From Lingula anatina (Eukaryota; Animalia; Brachiopoda): a stretch of 64,000 nucleotides of DNA. Both the position numbers and the translations under genes were made by a program. Below are positions 52,856-64,000 of the stretch, piece after piece. The stretch covers positions 22,032,534 to 22,096,533 of the forward strand of contig CM120644.1 in NCBI GenBank assembly GCA_051362555.1, read 5' to 3'. Below the pieces are notes generated by a model, which saw only the letters and a list, made by a program, of their open reading frames with translations, was not told the DNA's origin and ran no database searches. Each line of letters begins with the position of its first letter. Positions within the stretch are counted from its first letter, which is position 1.

Positions 52856-55464
52856 CTTCTATAAACAATTATTTCAATTATTTTTAATGGAAAACTTACT
52901 TTAGTCTTTCAAATAATAGATTGATTTCAAATAAAATTATGTGAGGTTGAACAAAATTTTTCAAATGTTTGTATAATTTGTTATTCTTCATGCGTCGGCT
53001 CATCTTAATTGCCACTTAAAATTAATTTGTGAAGTGAAATGTTCACAAACACAACGAATCTCTGCTTCTCCTCAAAATTAAATATGAAATAAGGCCATAT
53101 GACTGATAATGTCAAAGACGAAATGACAAAATTTAATACGGCACGAAGATAAGTATCTAGTTAGATTGGAATGGTAACAACATTACATTAAATGATCACC
53201 ATAATCCCCAAACAATGGAGCAAATAGTTGGCAAAGAGCAAAACAATGGCTGGCAAATAGTAACTGTGGCCAATAAAATGTAATATGATACGAAATGACA
53301 AGATTGGGGGGGGGGGGGGGTAGTTACAACATCAAATTAATAATAATAGCACATAGATCTAGATACACAGATGACCCTTAGTTCCACGCTGATGAAATGG
53401 ATGATGTAAAGTCCGGTTGTATTTCATAACTAACACGAAAATAAAACAATCGGATCCAGAGAGTTGGAAGGGGTAGACACAGGGTAGAAGACTATACATT
53501 TTACTGCTCTGTGCTTGGTATCAAACAGTTAACAAGGACAATTGCACTATAATACAGGGGGTACTGGGATGGTCAACTGCTTGGTTTTGATTCGATTTTC
53601 TCGTTATACTGCTTTTTTGGAGACAAAAACGAGAAAGAGGAATATCAGAAGTGTATTACTTGGGAAAGAAAGGTGTTTAAGAAAAAAGGGTTATATTTAA
53701 TACATTATATTGTGCAAAAAATAAAAAGATTTCTGTGGAACCTAAGAAAGGCAACCGATTGAAATACTCGTAAAATATTTGACAGCTTATCTTGTTGTCG
53801 CATTGCATTGCATTAATGGCTTGCCCGCATGCTTTTATTAAATAGATTTAATATAGGACAGACGTCGGATTTTGTGAGGGTAGAACGTTTCGAATTTGCC
53901 GTACCAGGTCAACTGCGTTGTTGTTTCTGCTAGGATATTATAATTGAAATTTCCAAGGACAAGTAGATTTAGCAAGGGGCAACATAAAGGTGGTTTGATA
54001 GGTTGTAATAGCCTAAATTAGTCAAAAGAGCTATTCTTCCGTTTCTTTTTTTTTAACATAAAATTTACATACAGATATTAATGCAATGAAATTAAAACTT
54101 TTAGAGCAAAAGTTCCCTTTTCATTATACTGCTCACCACCCCATGCAGATCTTGTATGAAGTTCTCTTCCCCCCCCCCCCCAATAATCGTCAATTTATAT
54201 GGTTTTATAATGATAGAGATCTAAATACGTCTTAACTCTGGGGCTAAGTCAGGCAAAGTCAGGAAAAAGGTACTGCAACCGGTCTATTGTATTTGACTGG
54301 CTGATGTCCTGTAACAGGAGAAAAATGCACTTAAAACAACACGTTGCGAACACGTGTTGGCTTGGCAAGTAGTACGGGGGTCCCGCATTGCAACTTTCTA
54401 AACATACTATATATACACAGAACCTGTCATATTGCAAAATTCATCATTAACATGTGTGCAAATTTTAAAGATACACTGTAGCTCTGTAACATTCGTTAAG
54501 AGTAATGCCACTTACCAAATGATGCTCCTTTTCCTTTGAACAGTGCCGTTTACTTTGAACAACGTTCTGATATATTTTCAGCTAACGTTAAAATATGATA
54601 TATGTTCACATCACGTTTGCCTTCCATATCAGACCCGTAGCTTGACAGCCTATGGAGTATATTTGGGGCAGGCCATCAGTTCCAAATGAGTCTAATTGAT
54701 TAAAAAGTGCATGCTGATTGGCAGTACATATAGCTAATGCAAACGGAATACGTATACATTTTCTGATGTGCGCCTCTATACCAGACCCGCAGCGTAGTCG
54801 CTTTTAAGACATATTTAGGACCGATTTTTAAAACAGAGGCCGTTTAATCCCAAGTTAGCTATGATAAAATATCCTTCAGTTCAAGGCGTCCTCCTCAAAA
54901 GACGTACTGTCCGGAAATATGTCTTTCTTGTTCTGAAGCCGGCGTAATGTTTCATTTAATCGGACAAATACTGATTTAGCTTGGATTGATTTGAATTTAT
55001 GTTTATGACATACGAGCCCTTTAAATTGATTTTTCGTCAAACGGAGATGTCATTTCACGTCATCGCATCGTCAGCCGCCTTTGGGACATATTTGGGGCAG
55101 GCCATTAATTCAGAATGTAACTAAAACTTCAGGTTCCAGCAGAACTTATTATGAATAATCGTAATTTATGTATTATGATTTATTCGTGTTATATGACAAA
55201 CACATATACCTTAGTACTTCTTTCATGTGTGAGATAAATTACTGTCACGAGCGTTATATGCCAGAACGAGGTGTTCGTAGCATATATCGCGAGAGGCTGG
55301 CAGTTAATTATTTGATGTACATACCGAGAGAAGTACTCGTATTTCACCGAGAAACAGCCCAAAAACTGCAAAACCCAAACCTTAATTCTGTAGCCTATTA
55401 ACTATAAACATTGGAACATTGTAACTGATCAATCAGATTACTAGAAGTTTATTAGAGGTATCGG

Positions 55465-55872
55465 CAAAAAAGAGCCAGATGTGTCCAACAAGCCAGATAT
55501 GTCCGACAAAAAAAGATCCAGATGTGTCCAACAAGCCAGATATGTTCGACAAAAAAAGAGCCAGATGTGTCCGACAAGCCAGATATGTCCGACAAAAAAG
55601 AGCCAGATGTGTCCGACAAGCCAGATATGTCCGACAAAAAAGAGCCAGATGTGTCCGACAAGCCAGATATGTCCGACAAAAAAGAGCCAGATGTGTCCGA
55701 CAAGCCAGATATGTCCGACAAAAAAGAGCCAGATGTGTCCGACAAGCCAGATATGTTCGACAAAAAAGAGCCAGATGTGTCCGACAAGCCAGATATGTCC
55801 GACAAAAAAGAGCCAGATATGTCCGACAAGCCAGATATGTCCGACAAAAAAGAGCCAGATGTGTCCGACAGG
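55465..55872. repeat. 42-bp minisatellite (about 9.5 copies; 24+18-bp subunits)
   Basis: Unit AAAAAAGAGCCAGATGTGTCCGAC AAGCCAGATATGTCCGAC, followed by two inverted subunits. Confidence 0.95.
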
Positions 55873-56361
55873 CAGATCGTAGGACATATCTGGCCTCTCG
55901 GACATATCGGGCCGTCACAGGTGTCCTTAGCCATACAGTATGCTTCTAAATGCTATGTTTAGAAAACACTGTAAAGTGTATGGACAGTCTTAGTCCGGTA
56001 ATTTCATACATCCAATTTAGCAATATGTTCTTTGTTTTACGATGTTTTTTTAAATATTAAAATATTAAATATTAAAATATTGCCCTGTAACGATGTTTTT
56101 GCTTTTTGCAATGCTGTTAGTGGCAAGAGATATGGGCTTGTTTATTTGTGTCCATTTTGCAATTTCATAATACCCACATGAAATATGCGTTTGCACTATA
56201 CTGCTGTATTTTTTGTATCATATATTATGTATATATAGATATTTATATTTCTAATAAAACTTTCTGGAACACAATTTGCCACATCCCAGACGCAACATGC
56301 CATTCAAAATGATTAATTTCGTTCCATATTTTCATCTGCCCATCGTTAATTTGTATTTCAG

Positions 56362-56547
56362 GGCCTCGTATTTGCCTGGGTAAGGGACTGGCTGAAATGG
56401 AATCGATCGTTCATTTTCTTCACCACGTTGCTTCAGAATTTCACCTTCAAGGTACCAGAGGGAGAGAACCCGCCCAGTGAAGTCGAGGGTCTGAACACGT
56501 CCACGTTTGCGCCATGTGACTACAAAGTGTGCGTTGTTAGACGCTAA
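56362..56547 (+). pseudogene. Orphan CYP last exon with frameshift
   Basis: ttgtatttcag|GGCCTCGTATTTGCCTGGGT ([14 protein letters not shown]) followed by a 4-bp duplication (gaatcgatcgttc). It is 186 nt versus 182 nt in intact copies. Confidence 0.9.
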
Positions 56548-56593
56548 AATAAAGTAACATGGACCCAGACAACAAATTGTGCGAGGTGGCTTT

Positions 56594-56778
56594 TGTGTGT
56601 GTGTGTGTGTGTGTGTGTTTGCGAGAGAGTGTGTGTGTGTGTGTGTCTGAGTGTGTGGGTGTTTTGTGTGTGTGTGTGTGTGTGTTTTTGTGAGTGTGAG
56701 TGTGTTTTTGTGTGAGTGTGTGTGTGTGTTTTTTTTTTGTGTGTGTGTGTGTTTGTGAGTGTGTGTGTGTGTGTTTGT
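56594..56778. repeat. (GT)n compound microsatellite
   Basis: Visible. Confidence 0.92.
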
Positions 56779-56898
56779 GGATATACACCTGGTTGCTTTC
56801 TGTAAAAGTGTGTCGTATTACGGTGTATTGGACAACATTTCGAATTGGCCAATGTTGCCCTAGCTTCTCACTATTGCATTGCTTTCTTAGGTAACATT

Positions 56899-57072
56899 CC
56901 AGGTGTAACAGGAATAGAAGTCATAGGAATGGACGTCCGGGGCCCCATATGATAAGTACAGGTTAGGGTTAGTTGGAGTATCGAGGTTAATATATGGGAC
57001 AAATGTCCCCCTGTACAAAGTAAAAGGGAGCGGACTACGGTTCCTAGCGGACTTCCATTGCTGTTACACCGG
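56899..57072. mobile_element. Small MITE
   Basis: GGTGTAACAGGAATAGAAGTC ... GACTTCCATTGCTGTTACACC inverted termini. Confidence 0.7.
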
Positions 57073-57922
57073 CAACTACAGTTTCTTACCCCTAGAAAAC
57101 TGACTTAACAATATCATGGGTTATGGCTACGATATTTCACGTTCGTTTATTTTCTCATTTTTGCGAGTATTAGTTGCAAAGTCTTTGTAAGCTTTGTTCG
57201 TATGCAACATTTGCAAAGTACACGATGGCTATGATTGACATTGAAATATACAAAATGAAAAGATAATACTGTCACTATCCCTGTGGACATTCATCACGTA
57301 TACGTATCACAAGTGAATGTGTTTTAACAATTAAGCACCATTTCTCTCTTGCAATATACTTTAAATCAGCTCAATGAGTCGATATAAGACCCGTCTGAAA
57401 TACTCTTGTATGTTATTATAAGTGATAAAACAACTTCTAACTTCTAGTGAAATAAAGGTTTCTTATGATATAAGATTAGAAACATCTTTACCCATGCCAC
57501 TGGACGAAATATAATTGGGAACTTTTTCTTCGTGAAAATCTCAGGGGGCCTTGTCTCGTGATGTGTCAAAAGCAAATCATCTCAAAATGTTAGTCTACCG
57601 GTTTACTTGAGGGGTGGAGAAATAATCAGATAGGGGCTATTTTTATTGTGTAAAATAAATTGGTTATTTGGTTAAAATAATCCCAGGTAGTTTTGCCCAC
57701 AAAGGGCACCCAGACTTGCCCAACATTACATAAAAATAAAATAACTCTCTCTCCATCCACCCCGAGTATGATTTTCTGGTATGCTCCACTGCCATTGCCT
57801 TGAGTAATAGTGTGTTTGACTTCGGAGACAGCCGAGTTATCGGGAGCAAGTCCAAAGATAAAATAAAAAAGTTTTATCACAAAATTGCACCCTGTCTCCC
57901 AGTGTCTCCAAAGAAAGGTCTA

Positions 57923-58301
57923 TCATCGTTCCCTGTCGAAGCAAGCCACTTGATTTCTCCACATCACTACGATGACAACGCCGGTGATGAGGATGATGCC
58001 GCCGACCACAGACGCCGCTATCACCCCGGCCAGCACTGACGGCTGGAGGTAGTACGGACTGGGAAAAACTAAACACACTGTAGTTATCTTACCTGTCTTC
58101 ATGGTGAAGTCAGATATGGATACAGTGCATTAAATATATACAATTGTTTTACTGGATACTGTAGGCGAATTTCTAATCTTTTTTCTCAACCGTTGCTTCA
58201 CGTTTAGTCTAATACACGAATTTTTCAACCTAACATCCTTGCTTTGTACGCGTAAGAACATTTGCAGTCAAATTTTTTCCCAAGGAAATTGTAACTCAAG
58301 T

Positions 58302-58345
<44 letters not shown>

Positions 58346-58647
58346 GAATAAGAATAATAATAATAATAATAACCTCACCCCTTTGTAGGATATGACATGG
58401 CTAATCTGTTGTTGAGACACTGTTGCTGCCAGTTCATGCCGTAGTTAGGAGAAGTACAGCAGTACCTGAGGAAACACGTACCACAACAGTGCTGGTCCTC
58501 AGAGCACCTGTCCCCCACCAGGTCCACCTTGTTGACGTCAGTGTAATCGTAACAGTCCCGACTGGGGTCGAATACTTGGCCGGTGGCTGTGGGATCAAGG
58601 AAAGAATGACTGGACGAATGAAAATATGTGTGTGCGAGAGGGAGAAC

Positions 58648-58691
<44 letters not shown>

Positions 58692-59643
58692 CAGAGGAAG
58701 AGAGAGAATTTGTTCATAAATTAACAGATGAAAAGTTGGTTGAATGAATGAACTAATGAATTACTTTCTTTGTGCATTGTGCATTGGTGTAAACGGCGGG
58801 GGTTAAGCCACGCCCTTTTTTTTGAAGCACGTCAGTCATACGCTCAGGTAGGAAGCTGAGCAGTATACAATGACAGCACGTCAACTGGCAAAAAAACAAA
58901 AACAAAAAAAAAAAAAAAAAAAAAAAAAAAGAAAACATCAAATTTACTTTGGTAGTTTTATACTTTTTATCCTAAAATTACCCACATAAAAACAGTGACT
59001 GTTAACCACTTTTGACATTATGGTAGGCTATAGGGGTATTCTTAAGCATTTTAAGCTTAAGAATTTCTTTTGTGTTTTAGTTTCATTTACGGGTCAAGGT
59101 GACAGCTAAGCGTGACTATAACGCAGGTCTATCGTTACCTGTCACGCGTTTATTGTTCAAGGTCAGACAGATTCTTTCAGTAATGTTAACTATTATAAGG
59201 TAGACAGATGAATTAGTTGCAGGCACATGCACCTACGCTACACCATGATGGTGCGTGACTTGACGTTATCGCGACGATCATATTTTAACTTAAACTTAAC
59301 CGTCTACAAGCAGAGTTCTAATTGCATTTCATTCATTTTCTAATACCGATTAACCATTATATACTATTGCATTACGTCTCGGCTCTGTACATTTCACCGG
59401 ACTCAACAGATGCAAACATAACGATAATCACAAAATACCGACGCAGACTCTGATGCCCCAGGAAAATATGCCATTAACTTCCGGGCTGGGCAACATCAAC
59501 CCAATATTGGCCTTATCTGTGTTGTTTGTATGTAGCTTAATGAAGCTGCTACTGCATATACCTGAGCTAAACGTTCCCAGAAGCACGACAACAATACACC
59601 AGTCCAGCAAAGACGCCGGCTTCACGTCCCTGGGGAGCACCAT
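57923..59643 (-). CDS. Shisa-family single-pass membrane protein (141 aa)
   Basis: Exons 59643-59562 (signal peptide), 58586-58379 (DCYDYTD..RCSEDQHCCGTCFLRYCC..QQC, the Shisa cysteine pattern), 58058-57923 (TM VLAGVIAASVVGGIILITGVVIVVMW, then stop). Phases 1 and 2 join in frame. Confidence 0.85.
58303..58372. repeat. (AAT)n microsatellite in an intron of the Shisa-like gene
   Basis: Visible. Confidence 0.92.
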
Positions 59644-61085
59644 GGTCTGGTAGGTCAACGTGAAGCGTTCCTTGGGTACAGCGACATTAATTCAGCAAGT
59701 GAAACTGACCATAAGAGCCTCGTTTTGAGCCTCAGGTGTGTACTTCAGGTGGGCCAGATCCCGCGCAAACATGACCTAGTTTACCTGCCACTGTTAATCT
59801 GATCCTTTGACAGACTCATTGTTGACAATAGGCCTATTTATATGTCATGGCCGTGGGCTGTTATGTCACAGCGCCACACGGTGGCCCCTCGTAAAATAAT
59901 ACTTTTTCTAAAAATATTAGCACTTAACTATGATTATGATAGACACGTTTAAATCTAGGAATTAATTTGTTTAAATCTGGAATTGCGGCAGACAAACTAA
60001 AAAGATTTGAGAGAGAGAGAGAGGAAAGAATGAAAAAATGACTAAACTCTCTACAAAATCTTGAAACTGACTCAACACAGCTGAAGTTAAAATTTGTTAA
60101 CTTTACTTTCAGTATTTATTTTTTACTCCCCTATAATACAAACATAATAATAATAATGTCATATAAGACAACTGACAAGGGGTTGAAATAAGTGAATGTT
60201 TATCTAATGCAGATTTATTAAGATTTAACAAGCAATGTGAATAAAATGTCAATTTTTAAGTGTATTACTGTATTAAATATAATTACCACTGGCATTTGAC
60301 AATCTTTAAACCCCCTCCCTCCCCAACCCACAATGAAAATCCCATGGCATTGTCATGACAATTCTCAAAAAATTTTCTCTTATCAAAGCTTAAAATACTT
60401 CAATGCATTTTCCTTTTTCTTCAAGACCAAAATTATTTTTATTTCAAGTTCTGGTTGACAAATCTGCATGTGTCAGTTTTAGCTTGCCAATTTTCTTAAA
60501 TTTTGCAAAAAGGCCATCACAGAGCAGAAATCTTCGGACGCTGCCAGTTCCAACTATCTCTGCCCTTATTCCAAGGTTCCCGAATTCTCAAGAATACCTG
60601 AGGAAACTAAAGGAGCAAAGTGTATACTTCCAGTCAAATAAACATTTGTTGTTTACCATGGAAACAGGAAACATATGAACTCTAATTAACTTTGGTACAG
60701 AATATCATTCAGCTAGAATTATCGTAATAATCACTATAATATGTATAAAATTGTAGTCAATTCTTAAGAGAACTTGTTTCATATATAATATCCACCCCAA
60801 ATTTGATCCTTGGGATTTTGAATCATCTTAAACGTAACCATCAAGTTGTTCAACCAACGCAATAATGACCCCCTCCCCCTCCTCTAGCGTTCCATCCACA
60901 TCCAGTCAAGTCTTAACATCACTGCCTTCATCTCTTCAAAAGTTTCTTCTCAGTTATTCTGTTATTTCAAGGTGGTTATTAAGTCTCCTGGGGTTTTTAT
61001 ATTCCAATCATCTGTGTATCTGTATGTAGAGGGGGTTTGGAAATCTTTAGAAATGTTTATTTTTAATAAGATCTGTCATCTTCTA

Positions 61086-61517
61086 TCACTGCCGGAGAAC
61101 TCTGCCCCTGAAAAAATAATGAACATTTTGAATTAATTTAGTTTGTAACTGAACAAAACAATGTCACATAATGAAATACACTTGGAAATGGGGGATTTCA
61201 TGACAGGTGGTATGACGTACCCTACCCTCATTATAAAGCTAAATTATCCAGAGAAAATACTTAAGACTAGTATAACTTTTTCGTGCCATTTCTTATGTTT
61301 TTCCTTTACAGACTGACATCAGTTTCTGTTCACATTTTGTATTCATTAAAAAAAATCTTTATCTTGACACATTTTTAGTCTTAATCTTCTCAGTGCCCTT
61401 ATTTCAAACTCCTTACGTTATCGTCCTCCTTTCTTTTGTTTTTGGCTCGGGTCTGGCTCTGTTGAGAACTTTGAGGAAATCTGACGTCTTTGCACGCATC
61501 CGAGAGTGAATATATGC
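61086..61517 (-). CDS. ARPC2: Arp2/3 complex subunit 2 (p34-Arc), last two coding exons
   Basis: Exon 61517-61417 reads [33 protein letters not shown] and exon 61107-61086 reads (T)GRVLRQ*. This matches the ARPC2 C-terminus; the preceding RDYLHYHIKCSK is encoded in the adjacent repeat. Confidence 0.93.
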
Positions 61518-61854
61518 CTGGAGATGACGGAGGTGTACATTATTTTACCTTTTATATGAGAACAGTATGAAGATTAAAAGCCTTCCCCTTACATATCATA
61601 ACCTTCAGATTAATTATATATATTAATTTTTTATTTCAAAACAATATACATCAAATCCACCAACTTTTTAGCTGACAGAAAGGAGAGATTCTATAAAATC
61701 AGCAATGAATTTCATAATAAAAATTTCAAATCAAATTCTTTTTATAGCACTTAAGTAACCTACAACACAACACATGAAACGACAGATCTGACACCTACCC
61801 ATGTGATTTTTTATAATCTATTCCACTCGGTTCGAGATAAATGTATGGTTCAGG

Positions 61855-64000
61855 TCTTACCTTGGAGCACTTAATGTGATAGTGTAGGTAGTCCCTAAGT
61901 ATATGTCTTACCTTGGAGCACTTAATGTGATAGTGTAGGTAGTCCCTAAGTCTACGTCTTACCTTGGAGCACTTAATGTGATAGTGTAGGTAGTCCCTAA
62001 GTCTACGTCTTACCTTGGAGCACTTAATGTGATAGTGTAGGTAGTCCCTAAGTCTACGTCTTACCTTGGAGCACTTAATGTGATAGTGTAGGTAGTCCCT
62101 AAGTCTACGTCTTACCTTGGAGCACTTAATGTGATAGTGTAGGTAGTCCCTAAGTGTACGTCTTACCTTGGAGCACTTAACGTGATAGTGTAGGTAGTCC
62201 CTAAGTCTACGTCTTACCTTGGAGCACTTAACGTGATAGTGTAGGTAGTCCCTAAGTGTACGTCTTACCTTGGAGCACTTAATGTGATAGTGTAGGTAGT
62301 CCCTAAGTGTACGTCTTACCTTGGAGCACTTAATGTTATAGTGTAGGTAGTCCCTTAGTCTACGTCTTACCTTGGAGCACTTAATGTGATAGTGTAGGTA
62401 GTCCCTAAGTGTACGTCTTACCTTGGAGCACTTAATGTGATAGTGTAGGTAGTCCCTAAGTGTACGTCTTACCTTGGAGCACTTAATGTGATAGTGTAGG
62501 TAGTCCCTAAGTCTACGTCTTACCTTGGAGCACTTAATGTGATAGTGTAGGTAGTCCCTAAGTCTACGTCTTACCTTGGAGCACTTAATGTGATAGTGTA
62601 GATAGTCCCTAAGTGTGTATCTTACCTTGGAGCATTAATGTGATAGTGTAGGTATTCCCTAAGTGTACGTCTTACCTTGGAGCACTTAATGTGATAATGT
62701 AGGTAGTCCCTTAGTCTATGTCTTACCTTGGAGCACTTAATGTGATAATGTAGGTAGTCCCTAAGTGTACGTCTCACCTTGGAGCACTTAATGTGATAAT
62801 GTAGGTAGTCCCTAAGTGTACGTCTCACCTTGGAGCACTTAATGTGATAGCGTAGGTAGTCCCTAAGTGTACGTCTTACCTTGGAGCACTTAATGTGATA
62901 GTGTAGGTAGTCCCTAAGTGTGTATCTTACCTTGGAGCACTTAATGTGATAGTGTAGGTAGTCCCTAAGTGTACGTCTCACCTTGGAGCACTTAATGTGA
63001 TAGTGTAGGTAGTCCCTAAGTGTACGTCTTACCTTGGAGCACTTAATGTGATAGTGTAGGTAGTCCCTAAGTGTACGTCTTACCTTGGAGCACTTAATGT
63101 GATAGTGTAGGTAGTCCCTAAGTGTACGTCTTACCTTGGAGCACTTAATGTGATAGTGTAGGTAGTCCCTAAGTGTACGTCTTACCTTGGAGCACTTAAT
63201 GTGATAGTGTAGTTAGTCCCTAAGTCTACGTCTTACCTTGGAGCACTTAATGTGATGGTGTAGGTAGTCCCTAAGTCTACGTCTTACCTTGGAGCACTTA
63301 ATGTGATAGTGTAGGTAGTCCCTAAGTCTACGTCTTACCTTGGAGCACTTAATGTGATAGTGTAGGTAGTCCCTAAGTCTACGTCTTACCTTGGAGCACT
63401 TAATGTGATAGTGTAGGTAGTCCCTTAGTCTACGTCTTACCTTGGAGCACTTAATGTGATAGTGTAGGTAGTCCCTTAGTATATGTCTTACCTTGGAGCA
63501 CTTAATGTGATAGTGTAGGTAGTCCCTAAGTCTACGTCTTACCTTGGAGCACTTAATGTGATAGTGTAGATAGTCCCTAAGTCTACGTCTTACCTTGGAG
63601 CACTTAATGTGATAGTGTAGGTAGTCCTTAAGTGTATATCTTACCTTGGAGCACTTAATGTGATAGTGTAGTTAGTCCCTAAGTCTACGTCTTACCTTGG
63701 AGCACTTAATGTGATGGTGTAGGTAGTCCCTAAGTCTACGTCTTACCTTGGAGCACTTAATGTGATAGTGTAGGTAGTCCCTAAGTCTACATCTTACCTT
63801 GGAGCACTTAATGTGATAGTGTAGGTAGTCCCTAAGTCTACGTCTTACCTTGGAGCACTTAATGTGATAGTGTAGGTAGTCCCTAAGTCTACGTCTTACC
63901 TTGGAGCACTTAATGTGATAGTGTAGATAGTCCCTAAGTGTGTATCTTACCTTGGAGCATTAATGTGATAGTGTAGGTATTCCCTAAGTGTACGTCTTAC
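61855..64000 (-). repeat. 51-bp minisatellite (about 42 copies, runs off the window) made of an ARPC2 exon end plus splice donor
   Basis: Minus-strand unit CGTASACTTAGGGACTACCTACACTATCACATTAAGTGCTCCAAG|GTAAGA translates as R(T/R)LRDYLHYHIKCSK|VR. Confidence 0.96.

Noticed and set aside
55433-55962. Six overlapping 130-160 aa ORFs
   Set aside because: By-products of a stop-free 42-bp tandem repeat.
56961-56972. Telomeric repeat (GGTTAGGGTTAG)
   Set aside because: Only two units, inside a small MITE.
59428-59561. 3' half of ORF 59428-59658 as coding sequence
   Set aside because: Read-through into the intron after the donor at 59561; only 59643-59562 fits the Shisa model.
61855-64000. CRISPR array or independent repeat-protein gene (ORF 62622-62981)
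   Set aside because: Units are contiguous with no unique spacers, in a eukaryotic context. The ORF exists only because the unit is 17 codons of ARPC2-derived sequence.
61855-64000. Array of 34-nt micro-exons separated by 17-nt GT..AG introns
   Set aside because: 17 nt is too short for a spliceosomal intron, the AG has no pyrimidine tract, and 34 nt is not a multiple of three.

Overview
AT-rich animal (probably invertebrate) genomic DNA with spliceosomal introns. Bases 1-46 kb hold a plus-strand tandem array of CYP2-clan cytochrome P450 genes with one shared 8-exon structure: one copy cut by the window edge, five full-length copies and a truncated exon 1. An orphan frameshifted last exon lies at 56.4 kb. 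The array carries copy-specific insertions that can be read against empty sites in the sister copies: a 5.3-kb CACTA-type element, an RTE-like LINE fragment, MITEs and a HINE-like element. Three minus-strand genes follow: a 5-exon proteinase K-like subtilisin (S8A), a 3-exon Shisa-like membrane protein and the 3' end of ARPC2. The most unusual feature is a 51-bp minisatellite of at least 42 copies, built from the end of an ARPC2 coding exon plus its 5' splice donor. All gene models were assembled by hand from splice signals and reading frames, without transcript data.
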